From an uncultured Eubacteriales bacterium (GTDB taxonomy: Bacteria > Bacillota > Clostridia > Christensenellales > Aristaeellaceae), in contig CADBTC010000177.1 in NCBI GenBank assembly GCA_902797445.1, forward strand, positions 5,684-69,683: 64,000 nucleotides of DNA, given 5' to 3'. Positions 9,599 through 19,591 of this stretch are shown one piece after another (within the stretch, counting starts at the first letter, position 1; every line of letters begins with the position of its first letter). Position numbers and translations under genes: made by a program. The notes beneath the pieces are model-generated. The model was not told where the DNA came from. It saw nothing but the letters and a program-made list of their open reading frames with translations, and did no database searches.

Positions 9599-10489
9599 TC
9601 AGACAGAACCGACAATCTTCCTGCCGTCAAACCATTCCGGAAGGGATTCCAACCGGATGATTTCCCCGCTTATGGGATGTATCAGACGCAGCAGCGCGCT
9701 GTGCAGCGCGAAGCGGCCGGGAAACTCCTGCGGCAGCTCTGTACCGTAGAGGAAATCCCCGCAGATCGGGCATCCGATGGCGGAAAGATGAACCCGGATC
9801 TGGTGGGTACGTCCGGTGCCCAGCTTCAGACGGACAACCGCCCGGTTTCCGCCGCGCTTTTCCACAACGCGGTAAAATGTGCTCGCGCTCTGCCCATCTG
9901 GGCGGACTTCCCGTCGGACGCTGGCGGTCTCGCGCTTTCCGATGGGCAGATTGATCTCTCCTTCCGCCGGCTCCGGAATGCCCTCTGTCAGCGCCAGATA
10001 TTCCCGGATGAATTTTTCTCCATGCAGCATCCGCTGCAAAAGGTCCTGCGTGTGTCCGTCCTTTGCGATCACCATCAGCCCACTGGTCCCTTTGTCCAGC
10101 CGGTTCACCGGACGGTAAACAAAGTCTTCTGGGCAGCCAAAATAACTGTACACCGCATTCTCCAGTGAATCCCCAGGATGGTTTCGGCTGCTTTGGCTCG
10201 CCAGAGGGGCTGGCTTGTCCACGATCATCAGATATGAATCCTCATAAGGAATGTTCAGCGGCAGATCATAGGGCTCCGGAAGAAAAACCGGCTCCTTTTC
10301 CGGCATCACGACAGAGACCTGATCGCCGGTTCGCACCCTGGTATTCACCGCGCGCAGTTCGCCGTTGACCGTAATCCGGCCGTTCCATTTGGCGCTCTTC
10401 ATGGCGGAATAGCTTAGCCGCATCCCATTCCGCAGGATCTCCCGCAGTCTTTTTCCGTCCTCCTCCGGGCCCACGCTGTAGCTGTCCAT
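9599..10489 (-). CDS. RluA-family pseudouridine synthase with S4-like N-terminus
   Basis: VDKPA, NRLDKGTSGL, TGRTHQIRVH, GDFLYG, ALHS motifs. Confidence 0.93.
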   Translation of the reverse strand: MDSYSVGPEEDGKRLREILRNGMRLSYSAMKSAKWNGRITVNGELRAVNTRVRTGDQVSVVMPEKEPVFLPEPYDLPLNIPYEDSYLMIVDKPAPLASQSSRNHPGDSLENAVYSYFGCPEDFVYRPVNRLDKGTSGLMVIAKDGHTQDLLQRMLHGEKFIREYLALTEGIPEPAEGEINLPIGKRETASVRREVRPDGQSASTFYRVVEKRGGNRAVVRLKLGTGRTHQIRVHLSAIGCPICGDFLYGTELPQEFPGRFALHSALLRLIHPISGEIIRLESLPEWFDGRKIVGSV

Positions 10490-10559
10490 TTCACCCTCCG
10501 TTTTCCTTTTTCATGCGGACAGTCTGAAACCGCCGCCGGGTTTGCCTTACAGCGGCAAT

Positions 10560-10597
10560 GAAAAAGCCTCAACCGGAACGATTCTCCCGGTTGAGGC
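10560..10597 (-). terminator. intrinsic terminator
   Basis: GCCTCAACCGG/CCGGTTGAGGC 11-bp stem followed by a T-run on - strand. Confidence 0.8.
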
Positions 10598-10724
10598 GAA
10601 TAGCCTGCTATGCCGCTTATCAGTATCGCCCGGGGGCAGGCTTGCTCTCAAGGCGCTCATCAAGCGGCATGACACCCAAACTGTTCCGAAACGGATATTC
10701 AACCGCTTCTGCCGGCTCAGGCCC

Positions 10725-12239
10725 TCAAGTCCCGCTGTTCTGCATCAGCAGCTGCACCAGGCTCTCGGGCAGGTACTGGATAATGGTCAGCGGCAGCATC
10801 TGCAGATTCGTCTGAATGCTCTGCATCAGCGTGTTCAGCTCTTCTTCGCTCATGGCCATAGGCTGCACCGCATCCGGCGAGACAATATACGCCTCCGCCA
10901 TGCCCGTCTGCATGGTTTCATGGATGCGCACCAGATCCCCTATGCCCTCCATGCTGAAGGTCATATCCATGTGTCCTTCCGCGTGGTCTCCCAGATCCTC
11001 TTCCGCTGAAACCAGATCCATCACAAATCCCATCTGCGCCGCATCGGGAGATTCCTTTACCCGCATGATCATGTTAAAATGCGCCTGCGGAGCCGCGCCT
11101 GTTGTCACGTTTGCGGTCCAGATCATAACCACCGGCTGATAGGTGACGCCGTTCTCCATGGTTTCGCCGGTGACCTGATAGTTCATCTGAACCGTTCCCT
11201 CGTTTACGGTCATTGTCATATCGCCCTTCAGCACGTCGCCTTCGACGTCCAGGGTATACTGGATCTGCGTGTTGCCGGCAGCAGAGAGGCTCATCAGCGC
11301 TTCCGCGTGTACATTCCGGATCTGCTCCCCGGTCTGCACCTTCGGATCGCCGACAACATAGAACTTATATCCGCCGTTTTCCATGCCCATATAGACCTTC
11401 AGCTCCGTATCCTCCGCCAGCATATCCGGCACTTCGCTGAAGCGGGCAATCAGCGTTTCCTCCGTCAGCCCCTTGCCCTCCGACAGCTTCTGCGTCACCG
11501 GCATGTTCCAGAACAGCTTCGCGAGCTCGGCGGTAATGCGCTTCAGGCCTTCCTTCTGCAGGGGAACGGTCACCACCGCCATCGCACCGGGAAGGGCCTC
11601 GGGCGCCTCCGTTACTTCACCGGTCTCAATTTGCGGATAGGCAGCCACGGCGTTCATCAGCCCCTCGACATTCGGTTCGCCCACCAGCTTGCGAAGAGCC
11701 GCCGCCGGATCCTCCCGGAGCTCCTTATAGTAATTTTTCAGGCTGTCCACCTGCTCCTGGGTAATGGAGCCTTCCGCGACCGCGCTGTCCAGCCCCTGCT
11801 TGATCAGCTCTTTGATCTGCGGCCAGGTGATCTGGAAAATTCTTTCTCCCAGCACACCGGAATGCAGATACAGGCTCTTGTTTCCGTAGGCCATTGTGAC
11901 ATCAACGGCTTCCTGTCCGCTGACAATCAGGGCGCCGCCCATCTGGGCCAGGCCTTCCGCGGTCTGCGCCGAGACACGGAACCCAAAGGTGCTGAGCACG
12001 TCCTTCACGACGCTTTTGATTTCCTCCGGCGCGCCGATCATATCCAGCGCCAGATCCGTTACCTCCATGGAATAATCCATGGTCACCTGCTGCCCCTCCA
12101 GCATGTACTTCGCTGAAGGAGACGATTGCCGGATCATCTCTTCCGCCGCGCTGATCATCGCGCTGCTCTGCTCTGCCAGGGAAAATGCAGGCATCAGAGC
12201 CAGCATCAGCGCTGTCAGCATTGCCAATACCTTTTTCAT
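10725..12239 (-). CDS. secreted hypothetical protein
   Basis: Sec signal peptide MKKVLAML...AFSLA^E; AAGGAGG RBS fixes the start at 12239; no motif recognised. Confidence 0.8.
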   Translation of the reverse strand: MKKVLAMLTALMLALMPAFSLAEQSSAMISAAEEMIRQSSPSAKYMLEGQQVTMDYSMEVTDLALDMIGAPEEIKSVVKDVLSTFGFRVSAQTAEGLAQMGGALIVSGQEAVDVTMAYGNKSLYLHSGVLGERIFQITWPQIKELIKQGLDSAVAEGSITQEQVDSLKNYYKELREDPAAALRKLVGEPNVEGLMNAVAAYPQIETGEVTEAPEALPGAMAVVTVPLQKEGLKRITAELAKLFWNMPVTQKLSEGKGLTEETLIARFSEVPDMLAEDTELKVYMGMENGGYKFYVVGDPKVQTGEQIRNVHAEALMSLSAAGNTQIQYTLDVEGDVLKGDMTMTVNEGTVQMNYQVTGETMENGVTYQPVVMIWTANVTTGAAPQAHFNMIMRVKESPDAAQMGFVMDLVSAEEDLGDHAEGHMDMTFSMEGIGDLVRIHETMQTGMAEAYIVSPDAVQPMAMSEEELNTLMQSIQTNLQMLPLTIIQYLPESLVQLLMQNSGT

Positions 12240-12380
12240 TTCTCTTCCTCCTTGTTTAAATGGTATATTTCGATATCTCCCCATTTTTCTATTTCGATAC
12301 CTGAATCCTGAAATCCTGCCGGATGCCGGACAAAAAAGCGTGGGACTCCCGGCGGGGTTCATCTTATGGAGAAACGGGCC

Positions 12381-13193
12381 TTACTGCCGCCGGTTCCGAA
12401 CCTCATTGCGCTCCAGCCGGATGGCATTGAGCAGCTCGCTGACGCTTCGGTCCGCTTCCATCAGCTGCTGGTCCACAAATTCCAGCGTGTTTTTCTGCAG
12501 CTGCGCGGCATCCTGCTGGGCTTTTTCCCGGATCTCGTCGCTTTCCACCCGGGCCCGTCGAACAATGTTTTCCTCTTCAATCATCTGACGGGCTTTCTTT
12601 TCCGCGTCCTCCACCATCCGGGCCGCTTCGGCCCTGGCCGCTTCGACGCAAGCCGTGGCTTCCTGATTCGCCCGATCCATCAGGTTATTGGCCTCCTGAT
12701 TGGCCCGTTCCATCAGTGCGCGGGCTTCCTGGTTGGCCTGATCCATCAGGCTCTGGGCTCTGGCATTGGCTTCGCTGACGGTCTGCTGAGCCTGGTTGGT
12801 CGCTTCCGCTTCCGTCCGTTCCTTCCACGCCCGCGTCTCCGCCCGCAGCGTCGTTTCCTCCTCCACAATCTTTGCTGCCGTTTTGATTGCAGAGGGCAGA
12901 TTTTCCCTCAGGTAAGTCAGCTGACTGTCCATGACGGTCCGGTTCACTACGCAGTTTTCCGCGTTCATCAGCGTCTTCCGCGCTGAGCCCAGATGCTCCT
13001 TCATGGCTTCAATCGCCTTTATGCACCGACCCGGCGCCTGCACATCCGGATTCCTGCCATTCCGGACCGTTTCCTCAGGTTTTCTTTCGACTCCGCTCTG
13101 TTCTTCCGCGGGGTGCTCGTCCAGCGTCCGCTCCGGCTGAATCTCCGGCTCGTCTTCCCTGCTCTGGGATCTTCTTCTGGGTGTCGTCTCCAT
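12381..13193 (-). CDS. coiled-coil protein (DivIVA / ATP-synthase-b-like) of the rsmD-coaD locus
   Basis: LRENLP..IK.A.KI motif, 11-residue A-xx-EA repeats, position after coaD; GGAGGAGG RBS. Confidence 0.75.
   Translation of the reverse strand: METTPRRRSQSREDEPEIQPERTLDEHPAEEQSGVERKPEETVRNGRNPDVQAPGRCIKAIEAMKEHLGSARKTLMNAENCVVNRTVMDSQLTYLRENLPSAIKTAAKIVEEETTLRAETRAWKERTEAEATNQAQQTVSEANARAQSLMDQANQEARALMERANQEANNLMDRANQEATACVEAARAEAARMVEDAEKKARQMIEEENIVRRARVESDEIREKAQQDAAQLQKNTLEFVDQQLMEADRSVSELLNAIRLERNEVRNRRQ
12661..12759 (-). repeat. 33-bp coding tandem repeat (hendecad coiled coil, LMxxANQEA)
   Basis: tcctgattcgcccgatccatcag at 12661 with variants at 12694 and 12727. Confidence 0.75.
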
Positions 13194-13261
13194 GCCTGCC
13201 GTCCTCCTCCGTTTTTTCAAGTTATCCGTCCGGTTCTCTTCCCCGGTTTTGTTCGTCTTCC

Positions 13262-13744
13262 TCACGTGTTTGTCAGCCGCCGGATGATTTCCTTCGCGCA
13301 GGCCTGGGGGACAAACGCCGAGATGTCTCCGCCGAAAGCCGCGATTTCTTTCACCGCTGAGGAGGAAACCCATGCCTTGCCCTCCCCTGCGGGCATCAGC
13401 AGCGTCTCCATGTCCGGATTCAGCTGCCTGTTGGCCTGGGCGGAAACGCTCTCCGCGTCATATTCCGCCGTGTTCCGGACGCCCCGGATCACTGTTCTTT
13501 CTCCCCGGGCACGCATGTACGCGCTCAGCAGCCCGTCCCAGATCTCCACCTTTACGTTTGGTATCTCCGCGCAGGCCTTTCGCATCAGGGTGGCCCTTTC
13601 CTCTGGCGTAAAGCTTCCCTTTTTCCGGACGTTGATCATAATAACCACCGTCACCTGATCAAAAAGCTTTGCCGCCCGGCTGATCAGATTCGTGTGTCCC
13701 TCCGTCACGGGATCAAACGATCCCGGAATCACGCAGCTGCTCAT
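13262..13744 (-). CDS. coaD: pantetheine-phosphate adenylyltransferase
   Basis: PGSFDPVTEGH, IRGVR, VSSSAVKEI motifs. Confidence 0.95.
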   Translation of the reverse strand: MSSCVIPGSFDPVTEGHTNLISRAAKLFDQVTVVIMINVRKKGSFTPEERATLMRKACAEIPNVKVEIWDGLLSAYMRARGERTVIRGVRNTAEYDAESVSAQANRQLNPDMETLLMPAGEGKAWVSSSAVKEIAAFGGDISAFVPQACAKEIIRRLTNT

Positions 13745-14438
13745 GCTTTCCTCCCGAAGGTTCCCCCTCTTTCGCTCTGCCCGCGGTCTCCGGCTTTTGA
13801 GTCGTTGTCGGGGAGCCAGTAACCGTCTGCTGCGCGCCTGTCTGTTCCGGACCAGCAGCCGGCGCGTTCTCTTCATCCGGCCCGGCAGCAGATTCCGTCT
13901 TCGCTAGGATGGTCACCCCGCAGTATCCCCAGGACCGCGCTTTCACCGTATCATAATCCGCCGCTACACGGGGCGTCTGCTTCGCCTGGTGCTCTATGAC
14001 GATCCATCCTTCCGTACTGAGCAGCGGGCGGATTCTGTCCGTCACTTCCCGCAGATCCGTCATCACGTAAGGCGGGTCCAGAAAAACGAGATCGAACCGT
14101 TCGCCCGCTTCCGAAAGTGCCCGAAGCGTATCCTCCCAGGGGGCCTGCATCACCCGGGCGTTTTGGTCAAATCCCAGATTTTCAAGATTTTGCCGCTGGA
14201 TCCGGCTGGCTTCCCGATCCCGGTCCGCCAGTACCGCGAATGCGGCCCCCCTGCTCAGGGCTTCCAGACTCAGGGCCCCGCTGCCGGCGAACAGATCCAG
14301 TACCCGGGCGTCCATGCATTTCCCCTGCAGCATATTGAACAGGTTCTCTCTGACCCGATCCAGCGTTGGTCGGGTGTCCCGTCCCTGAGGCGCTTCCAGC
14401 TTTCTTCCCCGGGCGGTTCCAGCGATGATTCTCAGCAT
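13713..14438 (-). CDS. rsmD: 16S rRNA m2G966 methyltransferase RsmD with C-terminal extension
   Basis: RIIAG.ARG, TRPT.DRVRE, LDLFAGSG, FLDPPY motifs. Confidence 0.93.
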   Translation of the reverse strand: MLRIIAGTARGRKLEAPQGRDTRPTLDRVRENLFNMLQGKCMDARVLDLFAGSGALSLEALSRGAAFAVLADRDREASRIQRQNLENLGFDQNARVMQAPWEDTLRALSEAGERFDLVFLDPPYVMTDLREVTDRIRPLLSTEGWIVIEHQAKQTPRVAADYDTVKARSWGYCGVTILAKTESAAGPDEENAPAAGPEQTGAQQTVTGSPTTTQKPETAGRAKEGEPSGGKHEQLRDSGIV

Positions 14439-14554
14439 ATCTTTCCCCTGTCTCATTCCCTTTGCCGGCCCCGGGAACATTCTCTGCAGGCCGCTCGTCC
14501 GTTCAGCGCGGACCGGTCTCGATAGCGCACCGTTTTTCGCTCTGTATCCGCCCG

Positions 14555-15361
14555 TCAGTTCAACTGCTGCGGCGCCTTGGGCTTTGGCGCCGTCCGGGCC
14601 TTCCGGGCTTTCCGCTCTCTCTTTGCCCGGGTCTTTTTGCTCTCCTCAATTCCGGTATGGATCTTCGTCCGCTGCTGGCGTCCCTGAAGGTATCCGGTCC
14701 CGTAAGCTAGGGCCGGCAGCATGACGATGACCGGACTGAGCCGCTCTACCAGCAGCAGCGTATTCTGGTTCTCGGTCCCCGCCATGCTGACAAAGGGCAT
14801 CACCGCCACGCGGATAAGGATCCGCAGCACATCCGTAAACTGGATGCCCTCCCGGATCGTATAAGCCACAAGGGCATCTCCCACTTCGCTCCGGTCCTGA
14901 TAGGTGCTGAGCCAGTTGGGAAGTGCCCCGTACCCGGTAACCTGCCTGCGGGCCGTCACAGCCAGAACGATCGCGCAAAGCAGAATCGGAATTGTCCCAA
15001 TGGCGCCGGTCAGGAACCCTTTCAGGGGATGAAAGCACATGGCTTTTTCCGAGGCGGAAAACGTACGGCCTTTCTCCTGCCGCTGATAGAGAATCTCGCC
15101 CCGGGCCACCGCGTCGGCCCCCCGGCTGACGGCATTGTTATAAAAAAGCACCAGGACCAGCGCTTCCACCGCCAGATTCAATGCGATCCGCAGGACGCCG
15201 CTGTCCATGCTCAGGGTGCTGCAGATCAGAAAGGAGATGACTCCCGTCAGAATCAGCCCACCGAAAAAGCCAAACGCGCCTTTCACCGTTCGCTCGTCCG
15301 TGGGCGATCCCGTCAGATACGGTTTGGTTACCTGCTCCGTTTTCCCGCTCTTTCCCGTCAT
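14555..15361 (-). CDS. hypothetical membrane protein
   Basis: About 4 TM segments and a basic C-terminal tail; AGGAGG RBS. Confidence 0.75.
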   Translation of the reverse strand: MTGKSGKTEQVTKPYLTGSPTDERTVKGAFGFFGGLILTGVISFLICSTLSMDSGVLRIALNLAVEALVLVLFYNNAVSRGADAVARGEILYQRQEKGRTFSASEKAMCFHPLKGFLTGAIGTIPILLCAIVLAVTARRQVTGYGALPNWLSTYQDRSEVGDALVAYTIREGIQFTDVLRILIRVAVMPFVSMAGTENQNTLLLVERLSPVIVMLPALAYGTGYLQGRQQRTKIHTGIEESKKTRAKRERKARKARTAPKPKAPQQLN

Positions 15362-15388
15362 CGTTCATCCTCCTGTGTTTCCGGTCCC

Positions 15389-16498
15389 TTATTCCCGGTC
15401 CTCGATGATTTCCATCTGAACCCGCCCGCTTCGGCTCAGCAGGACTTCATAGGAAATCGTCCCGCTCCACCGGGCGATGTCCTCCGCTGTAATGCGCTCC
15501 GCACCGTCGCTTCCCAGCAGCACCACCGGATCCTCCGCCCGGGCCTCCGGGATGTCCGTCACGTCAGCCATCATCTGATCCATGCAGATCCGGCCAAGCA
15601 CCTTCGCCCGCTTTCCGCGGATCAGCACCTCCGCCTGCCCGCTGGCGGCGCGGTGATATCCATCCCCGTATCCGCAGGTCACGGTGGCGATCCGGGTGGG
15701 CCGCTCCGCCTGCCAGGTTCTGCCGTAACTGACGTAAGCCCCGGCAGGGACTTCTTTCACATAGCTGATCTGAGCCTCCCAGCGCATGCAGGGCGCCAGG
15801 GGCAGCCCGGTTTCCACCGGAGGATAGCCGTAAAGGCTGATCCCTTCCCGCACCATTTCCAGCGCCCATTCCGGATGCCGCAGAGCCGCGGCGGAGTTGG
15901 CGCAGTGCCGTCTTACGCCCAGGCCCTCGCTCAGAGTCAGGAATCTCTCAAACTGCTCCTGAGAGTAGCGTTCCCCCTCCAGGTTTCCGTCAGCATCGCT
16001 GAAGTGGGTATAAACCCCTGTCAGCTCTACCCCCGGCCCGGCAGCGATTTCCGAAAGGACTGCGTCCCGCTCCGATACCGTCCGCACGCCGATGCGGCCC
16101 ATGCCGCTGTCGATTTTCAGATGCACCCGGACCGTTTTGCCCAGCCGCTCCGCAGCCTCCCGGCAGAGCCGGACCATCTCCGGCGCGCAGACCGTCATCG
16201 TCAGATCCGCCTCCGCGCCCGCCTCCGCGCTTTCTTCGCTGACGGCACCCAGCACCAGGATCTCCGGCTCCCGGATCCCCGCGTCGCGGATCTCTCTGCC
16301 TTCCTCCGCTGTCGCGACTGCCAGCGCGGTCGCTCCGCCCTTCAGGGCAGCCCTCGCAGCTGTTACGCCTCCATGGCCGTATCCATCCGCCTTGACCACG
16401 GCCATGATCGCCGCCGTATCCGGCACGGCCGCCCGGATGGCCTCCATATTCCGCCGGATCTGCCCGGCGTCCACGATGCGTCTGTTCCGGACGCTCAT
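15389..16498 (-). CDS. alr: alanine racemase
   Basis: AVVKADGYGHG (PLP Lys), HLKIDSGMGRIG, GRICMD, TISYE. Confidence 0.96.
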   Translation of the reverse strand: MSVRNRRIVDAGQIRRNMEAIRAAVPDTAAIMAVVKADGYGHGGVTAARAALKGGATALAVATAEEGREIRDAGIREPEILVLGAVSEESAEAGAEADLTMTVCAPEMVRLCREAAERLGKTVRVHLKIDSGMGRIGVRTVSERDAVLSEIAAGPGVELTGVYTHFSDADGNLEGERYSQEQFERFLTLSEGLGVRRHCANSAAALRHPEWALEMVREGISLYGYPPVETGLPLAPCMRWEAQISYVKEVPAGAYVSYGRTWQAERPTRIATVTCGYGDGYHRAASGQAEVLIRGKRAKVLGRICMDQMMADVTDIPEARAEDPVVLLGSDGAERITAEDIARWSGTISYEVLLSRSGRVQMEIIEDRE

Positions 16499-17919
16499 CC
16501 TTTCTCCACCTCGTGTGCATGAATCTGGGCATTCAGCATATTAATATCGCCGCAGCCCATGGTTAAAACCAGGTCCCCCGCCCGCCAGTGCGCCCGCAGA
16601 TAGCGCTCCGTGTCGTCAAAGCTGGGCGTCCATACGGCGTCGATCCCGTTTTTCCGCATCCCGTCCACCAGCATCCCGCTGTTCAGATCTCCGGGATCCG
16701 CCTCCCGGGCGGCACAGATGTCCGTCACAAGGGTAAAGTCCGCGATCTTCGTGCAGGTCAGATAGTCGTCAAAAAGGCTTCGGACGCGGCTGAAGGTATG
16801 GGGCTGCATCACCGCCCACAGCCGCCCCTTGCAGCGTTTCCGGGCAATGGACAGGGCATTGCGCATTTCCGCCGGATTGTGCCCGTAATCGTGGAACACT
16901 TCCACTCCATCTATCTCGTCCGTCTTTTCAAACCGCCGGTGCGCGCCGACGAAACGTTCCAGGCTTTCCACTGCTTTTTCCGCCGGCAGCCCCAGCTCCG
17001 CTGCAGCCGCAATCGCGCCAAGGGCATTCATCAGGTTGAACTGTCCCGGAACCCCCATTCGGACCCGTGCTTTTTTCTCCGGTCCATGCATCAGGTCAAA
17101 GGAGAAATATCCTCTCTCGTCCTCTTCCGTGTTTTCCGGATGCCAGTCATTCCGCGGATCTATTCCAAAAAACACCTTCCGGCAGGAGAGCTTTTCAATC
17201 TGCCGCCGGACCCGCGGATCATCCCCGTTTCCGATCGCGATGCCGTCCTCCGGCAGCAGGCGCAGAAACTGGCCGAAGGTCTCCTCAATCTCGTCGATAT
17301 CACGGTAGCAGTCCAGATGGTCCGCGTCTATATTCATAACCAGCGCCACCGTGGGCTTCATCCGCAGAAAGCTGCGGTTGAATTCGCAGGCTTCGGCTAC
17401 GAAGATGTCTCCATGCCCCACCCGGGTGCTGCCTCCGATGGCGTCCAGCTGGCCCCCGATATGGATGGCCGGATCCAGCCCCCCTTCCAGGAGCATCTGG
17501 CTGAGCATGGAGGTTGTGGTGGTTTTCCCATGGGCCCCGCAGATCCCTACGGCCTTCGGGTATCCTTCCATCAGCTGCCCCAGCAGCCACGCCCGTTCCA
17601 GTGTCGGGATCCCAAGCCGCTCCGCCTCCCGCCGCTCGGGATTATCCGGATGAATAGCCGCAGAATAGCAGACCATCCCCGCTCCATGAACGTTCTCCGC
17701 CCGGTGTCCGATAAAAACCTCCGCTCCTTTTGCCCGGACCTGAGCGATCAGATATCCCTCGTCCCGGTCGCTGCCGGAAACCGGATATCCCTCCTCCATC
17801 AGCATTTCCGCCAGCCCGCTCATGCTGCTGCCGCCGATACCGATCAAATGGATCCGCTGCCCTTTGTGGTCCCGGATGTGCGGTACTTCCACGTTTTCAC
17901 CTTCCTGCCTGTATTCCAT
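16495..17919 (-). CDS. murC: UDP-N-acetylmuramate--L-alanine ligase
   Basis: IGIGGSSMSGLA, GAHGKTTTTSM, NIDADHLD, DYGHNP, QPHT; start at ATG 17919 coupled to yhbY stop. Confidence 0.95.
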   Translation of the reverse strand: MEYRQEGENVEVPHIRDHKGQRIHLIGIGGSSMSGLAEMLMEEGYPVSGSDRDEGYLIAQVRAKGAEVFIGHRAENVHGAGMVCYSAAIHPDNPERREAERLGIPTLERAWLLGQLMEGYPKAVGICGAHGKTTTTSMLSQMLLEGGLDPAIHIGGQLDAIGGSTRVGHGDIFVAEACEFNRSFLRMKPTVALVMNIDADHLDCYRDIDEIEETFGQFLRLLPEDGIAIGNGDDPRVRRQIEKLSCRKVFFGIDPRNDWHPENTEEDERGYFSFDLMHGPEKKARVRMGVPGQFNLMNALGAIAAAAELGLPAEKAVESLERFVGAHRRFEKTDEIDGVEVFHDYGHNPAEMRNALSIARKRCKGRLWAVMQPHTFSRVRSLFDDYLTCTKIADFTLVTDICAAREADPGDLNSGMLVDGMRKNGIDAVWTPSFDDTERYLRAHWRAGDLVLTMGCGDINMLNAQIHAHEVEKG

Positions 17920-18209
17920 TAATTTTTCACCACGATCCGGGGATTCTCCCGGCTGGGCCGATAAAGCACAAACCGCCGGCCAATATGCTGAATCGGCTCC
18001 GCGTGAGTCCGTTCGCACAGTGCCTGCAGCGCTTCCTTCGCATCCAGAGGACATCCCTGCTGGACACATCCCTTGATCAGTTCCCGGGCCTCCAGCGCGT
18101 CCTCGCACTCCCGGATGGTGTTTTCCCCGATGCCGTCCTTCCCGATGTACAGGATTGTCTCCAGCGTATTGGCCATGCTCCGCAGTTCCGCTCTCTGTTT
18201 TCCTGTCAT
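17919..18209 (-). CDS. yhbY: YhbY/CRM-domain RNA-binding protein
   Basis: TGKQRAELR, IGKDG, ARELIK, IGRRFVLYR. Confidence 0.92.
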   Translation of the reverse strand: MTGKQRAELRSMANTLETILYIGKDGIGENTIRECEDALEARELIKGCVQQGCPLDAKEALQALCERTHAEPIQHIGRRFVLYRPSRENPRIVVKN

Positions 18210-18231
18210 ATTTCCGTTTCTCCTGTGTGAT

Positions 18232-19500
18232 TTATTCCACGAAATCAAACTCCATCTCGCCGATCTGGACGCTGGATCCCTCTCCCGCGCCGGCTTCCCG
18301 CAGCGCGTCGATGACGCCCATCTTCCGCAGCATCCGATGGAACCAGTTCAGGCTATCCAGATCATCAAAGTTCACCGTTTCCAGCAGGCGCTCCATCCCG
18401 GCGCCCTCCACGAAATAGGTGGCTCCGTCGAAAACAACCCGATAGTCGTCTTCCTTGATCTCCGGCACGGGCTCCTCCTCCTCCTGATAGTGCAGGATGG
18501 GCGGCAGGCTCTCCAGCTGCTTCGCCGTTTCCGCCAGAAGCGCTTCGAAGCCCTGATGGGTGGCAGCGCTGACCTCGAACACCGGGCACCCCATACCCTC
18601 CGCCAGGGCACGCATCCGCTTCGCGTTCTCCTCCGCCCCCGGCAGATCCATCTTGTTGCATACAATGATCTGGGGCTTCTCCCCAAGCGTGCCGTACCGT
18701 TCCAGCTCCGTGTTAATCCGGTCCAGATCCTCCAGGGGATCCCTGCCTTCACTGCCGCTGATGTCCACCACGTGCAGCAGCAGCCTGGTCCGTTCCACGT
18801 GGCGCAGGAAATCATGCCCCAGCCCCGCACCGTCCGCGGCCCCTTCAATTAAGCCTGGAATATCCGCCAGCACCATATCCCGGCCGTACTGCCGCACGAT
18901 GCCCAGGTTCGGTGTCAGGGTCGTAAAATGATAGTTTCCCACCCGAGGCCGGGCGCTGGTCACGGCGGAAAGGATTGAGCTCTTTCCTACATTTGGATAG
19001 CCAACCAGCCCCACATCCGCGATGGTCTTCAGTTCCAGCCGCAGCGTATAGATCTCCGTCTTGGTTCCAGGCTTGGCAAAGTTCGGGGCCTGCCGTGTGG
19101 CGGTGGCAAAATGCTTGTTCCCCCATCCGCCCCGGCCGCCGTGCAGAAGGATCCGGGTTTCCCCGGGCTGATCCATATCCGCCATAATCCGGCCGCTTTC
19201 CGCTTCCCGAACCACGGTTCCCACCGGAACCTTGATGGTCAGATCCTCCCCCCGCTTTCCGGATCGCAGTCCGCCGGTTCCGTCGCCCCCGTTTTCCGCG
19301 GTATATTTGCTGTGGAACCGGAAGTCCAGCAAGGTATGCATATTCACATCTGCATACAGCAGTACATCTCCGCCCTTGCCGCCGTCACCGCCGTCCGGGC
19401 CTCCGTTCTGGACATATTTTTCCCGGTGGAAGGACGCGGAACCGTTCCCCCCATTTCCCGCCTTCACGGTGATTTTGACCTGGTCTACAAAATTACCCAT
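18232..19500 (-). CDS. obgE: GTPase ObgE
   Basis: Gly-rich Obg fold, GYPNVGKS, FTTLTPNLG, DIPG, NKMD, C-terminal OCT domain. Confidence 0.97.
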   Translation of the reverse strand: MGNFVDQVKITVKAGNGGNGSASFHREKYVQNGGPDGGDGGKGGDVLLYADVNMHTLLDFRFHSKYTAENGGDGTGGLRSGKRGEDLTIKVPVGTVVREAESGRIMADMDQPGETRILLHGGRGGWGNKHFATATRQAPNFAKPGTKTEIYTLRLELKTIADVGLVGYPNVGKSSILSAVTSARPRVGNYHFTTLTPNLGIVRQYGRDMVLADIPGLIEGAADGAGLGHDFLRHVERTRLLLHVVDISGSEGRDPLEDLDRINTELERYGTLGEKPQIIVCNKMDLPGAEENAKRMRALAEGMGCPVFEVSAATHQGFEALLAETAKQLESLPPILHYQEEEEPVPEIKEDDYRVVFDGATYFVEGAGMERLLETVNFDDLDSLNWFHRMLRKMGVIDALREAGAGEGSSVQIGEMEFDFVE

Positions 19501-19591
19501 CTGTTCCCTCTTTATTCACGCGGGGCCTGCCCCCAAACGTCCTATAGTCCTGTACGCTGATACGCTGAGCCGGGCCTAAACCGTTCCCGTA

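Noticed and set aside
10610-10670. Hammerhead or twister-sister ribozyme
   Set aside because: Has TGATGAG and GGCGCTCA fragments but lacks the remaining catalytic-core elements in the right order.
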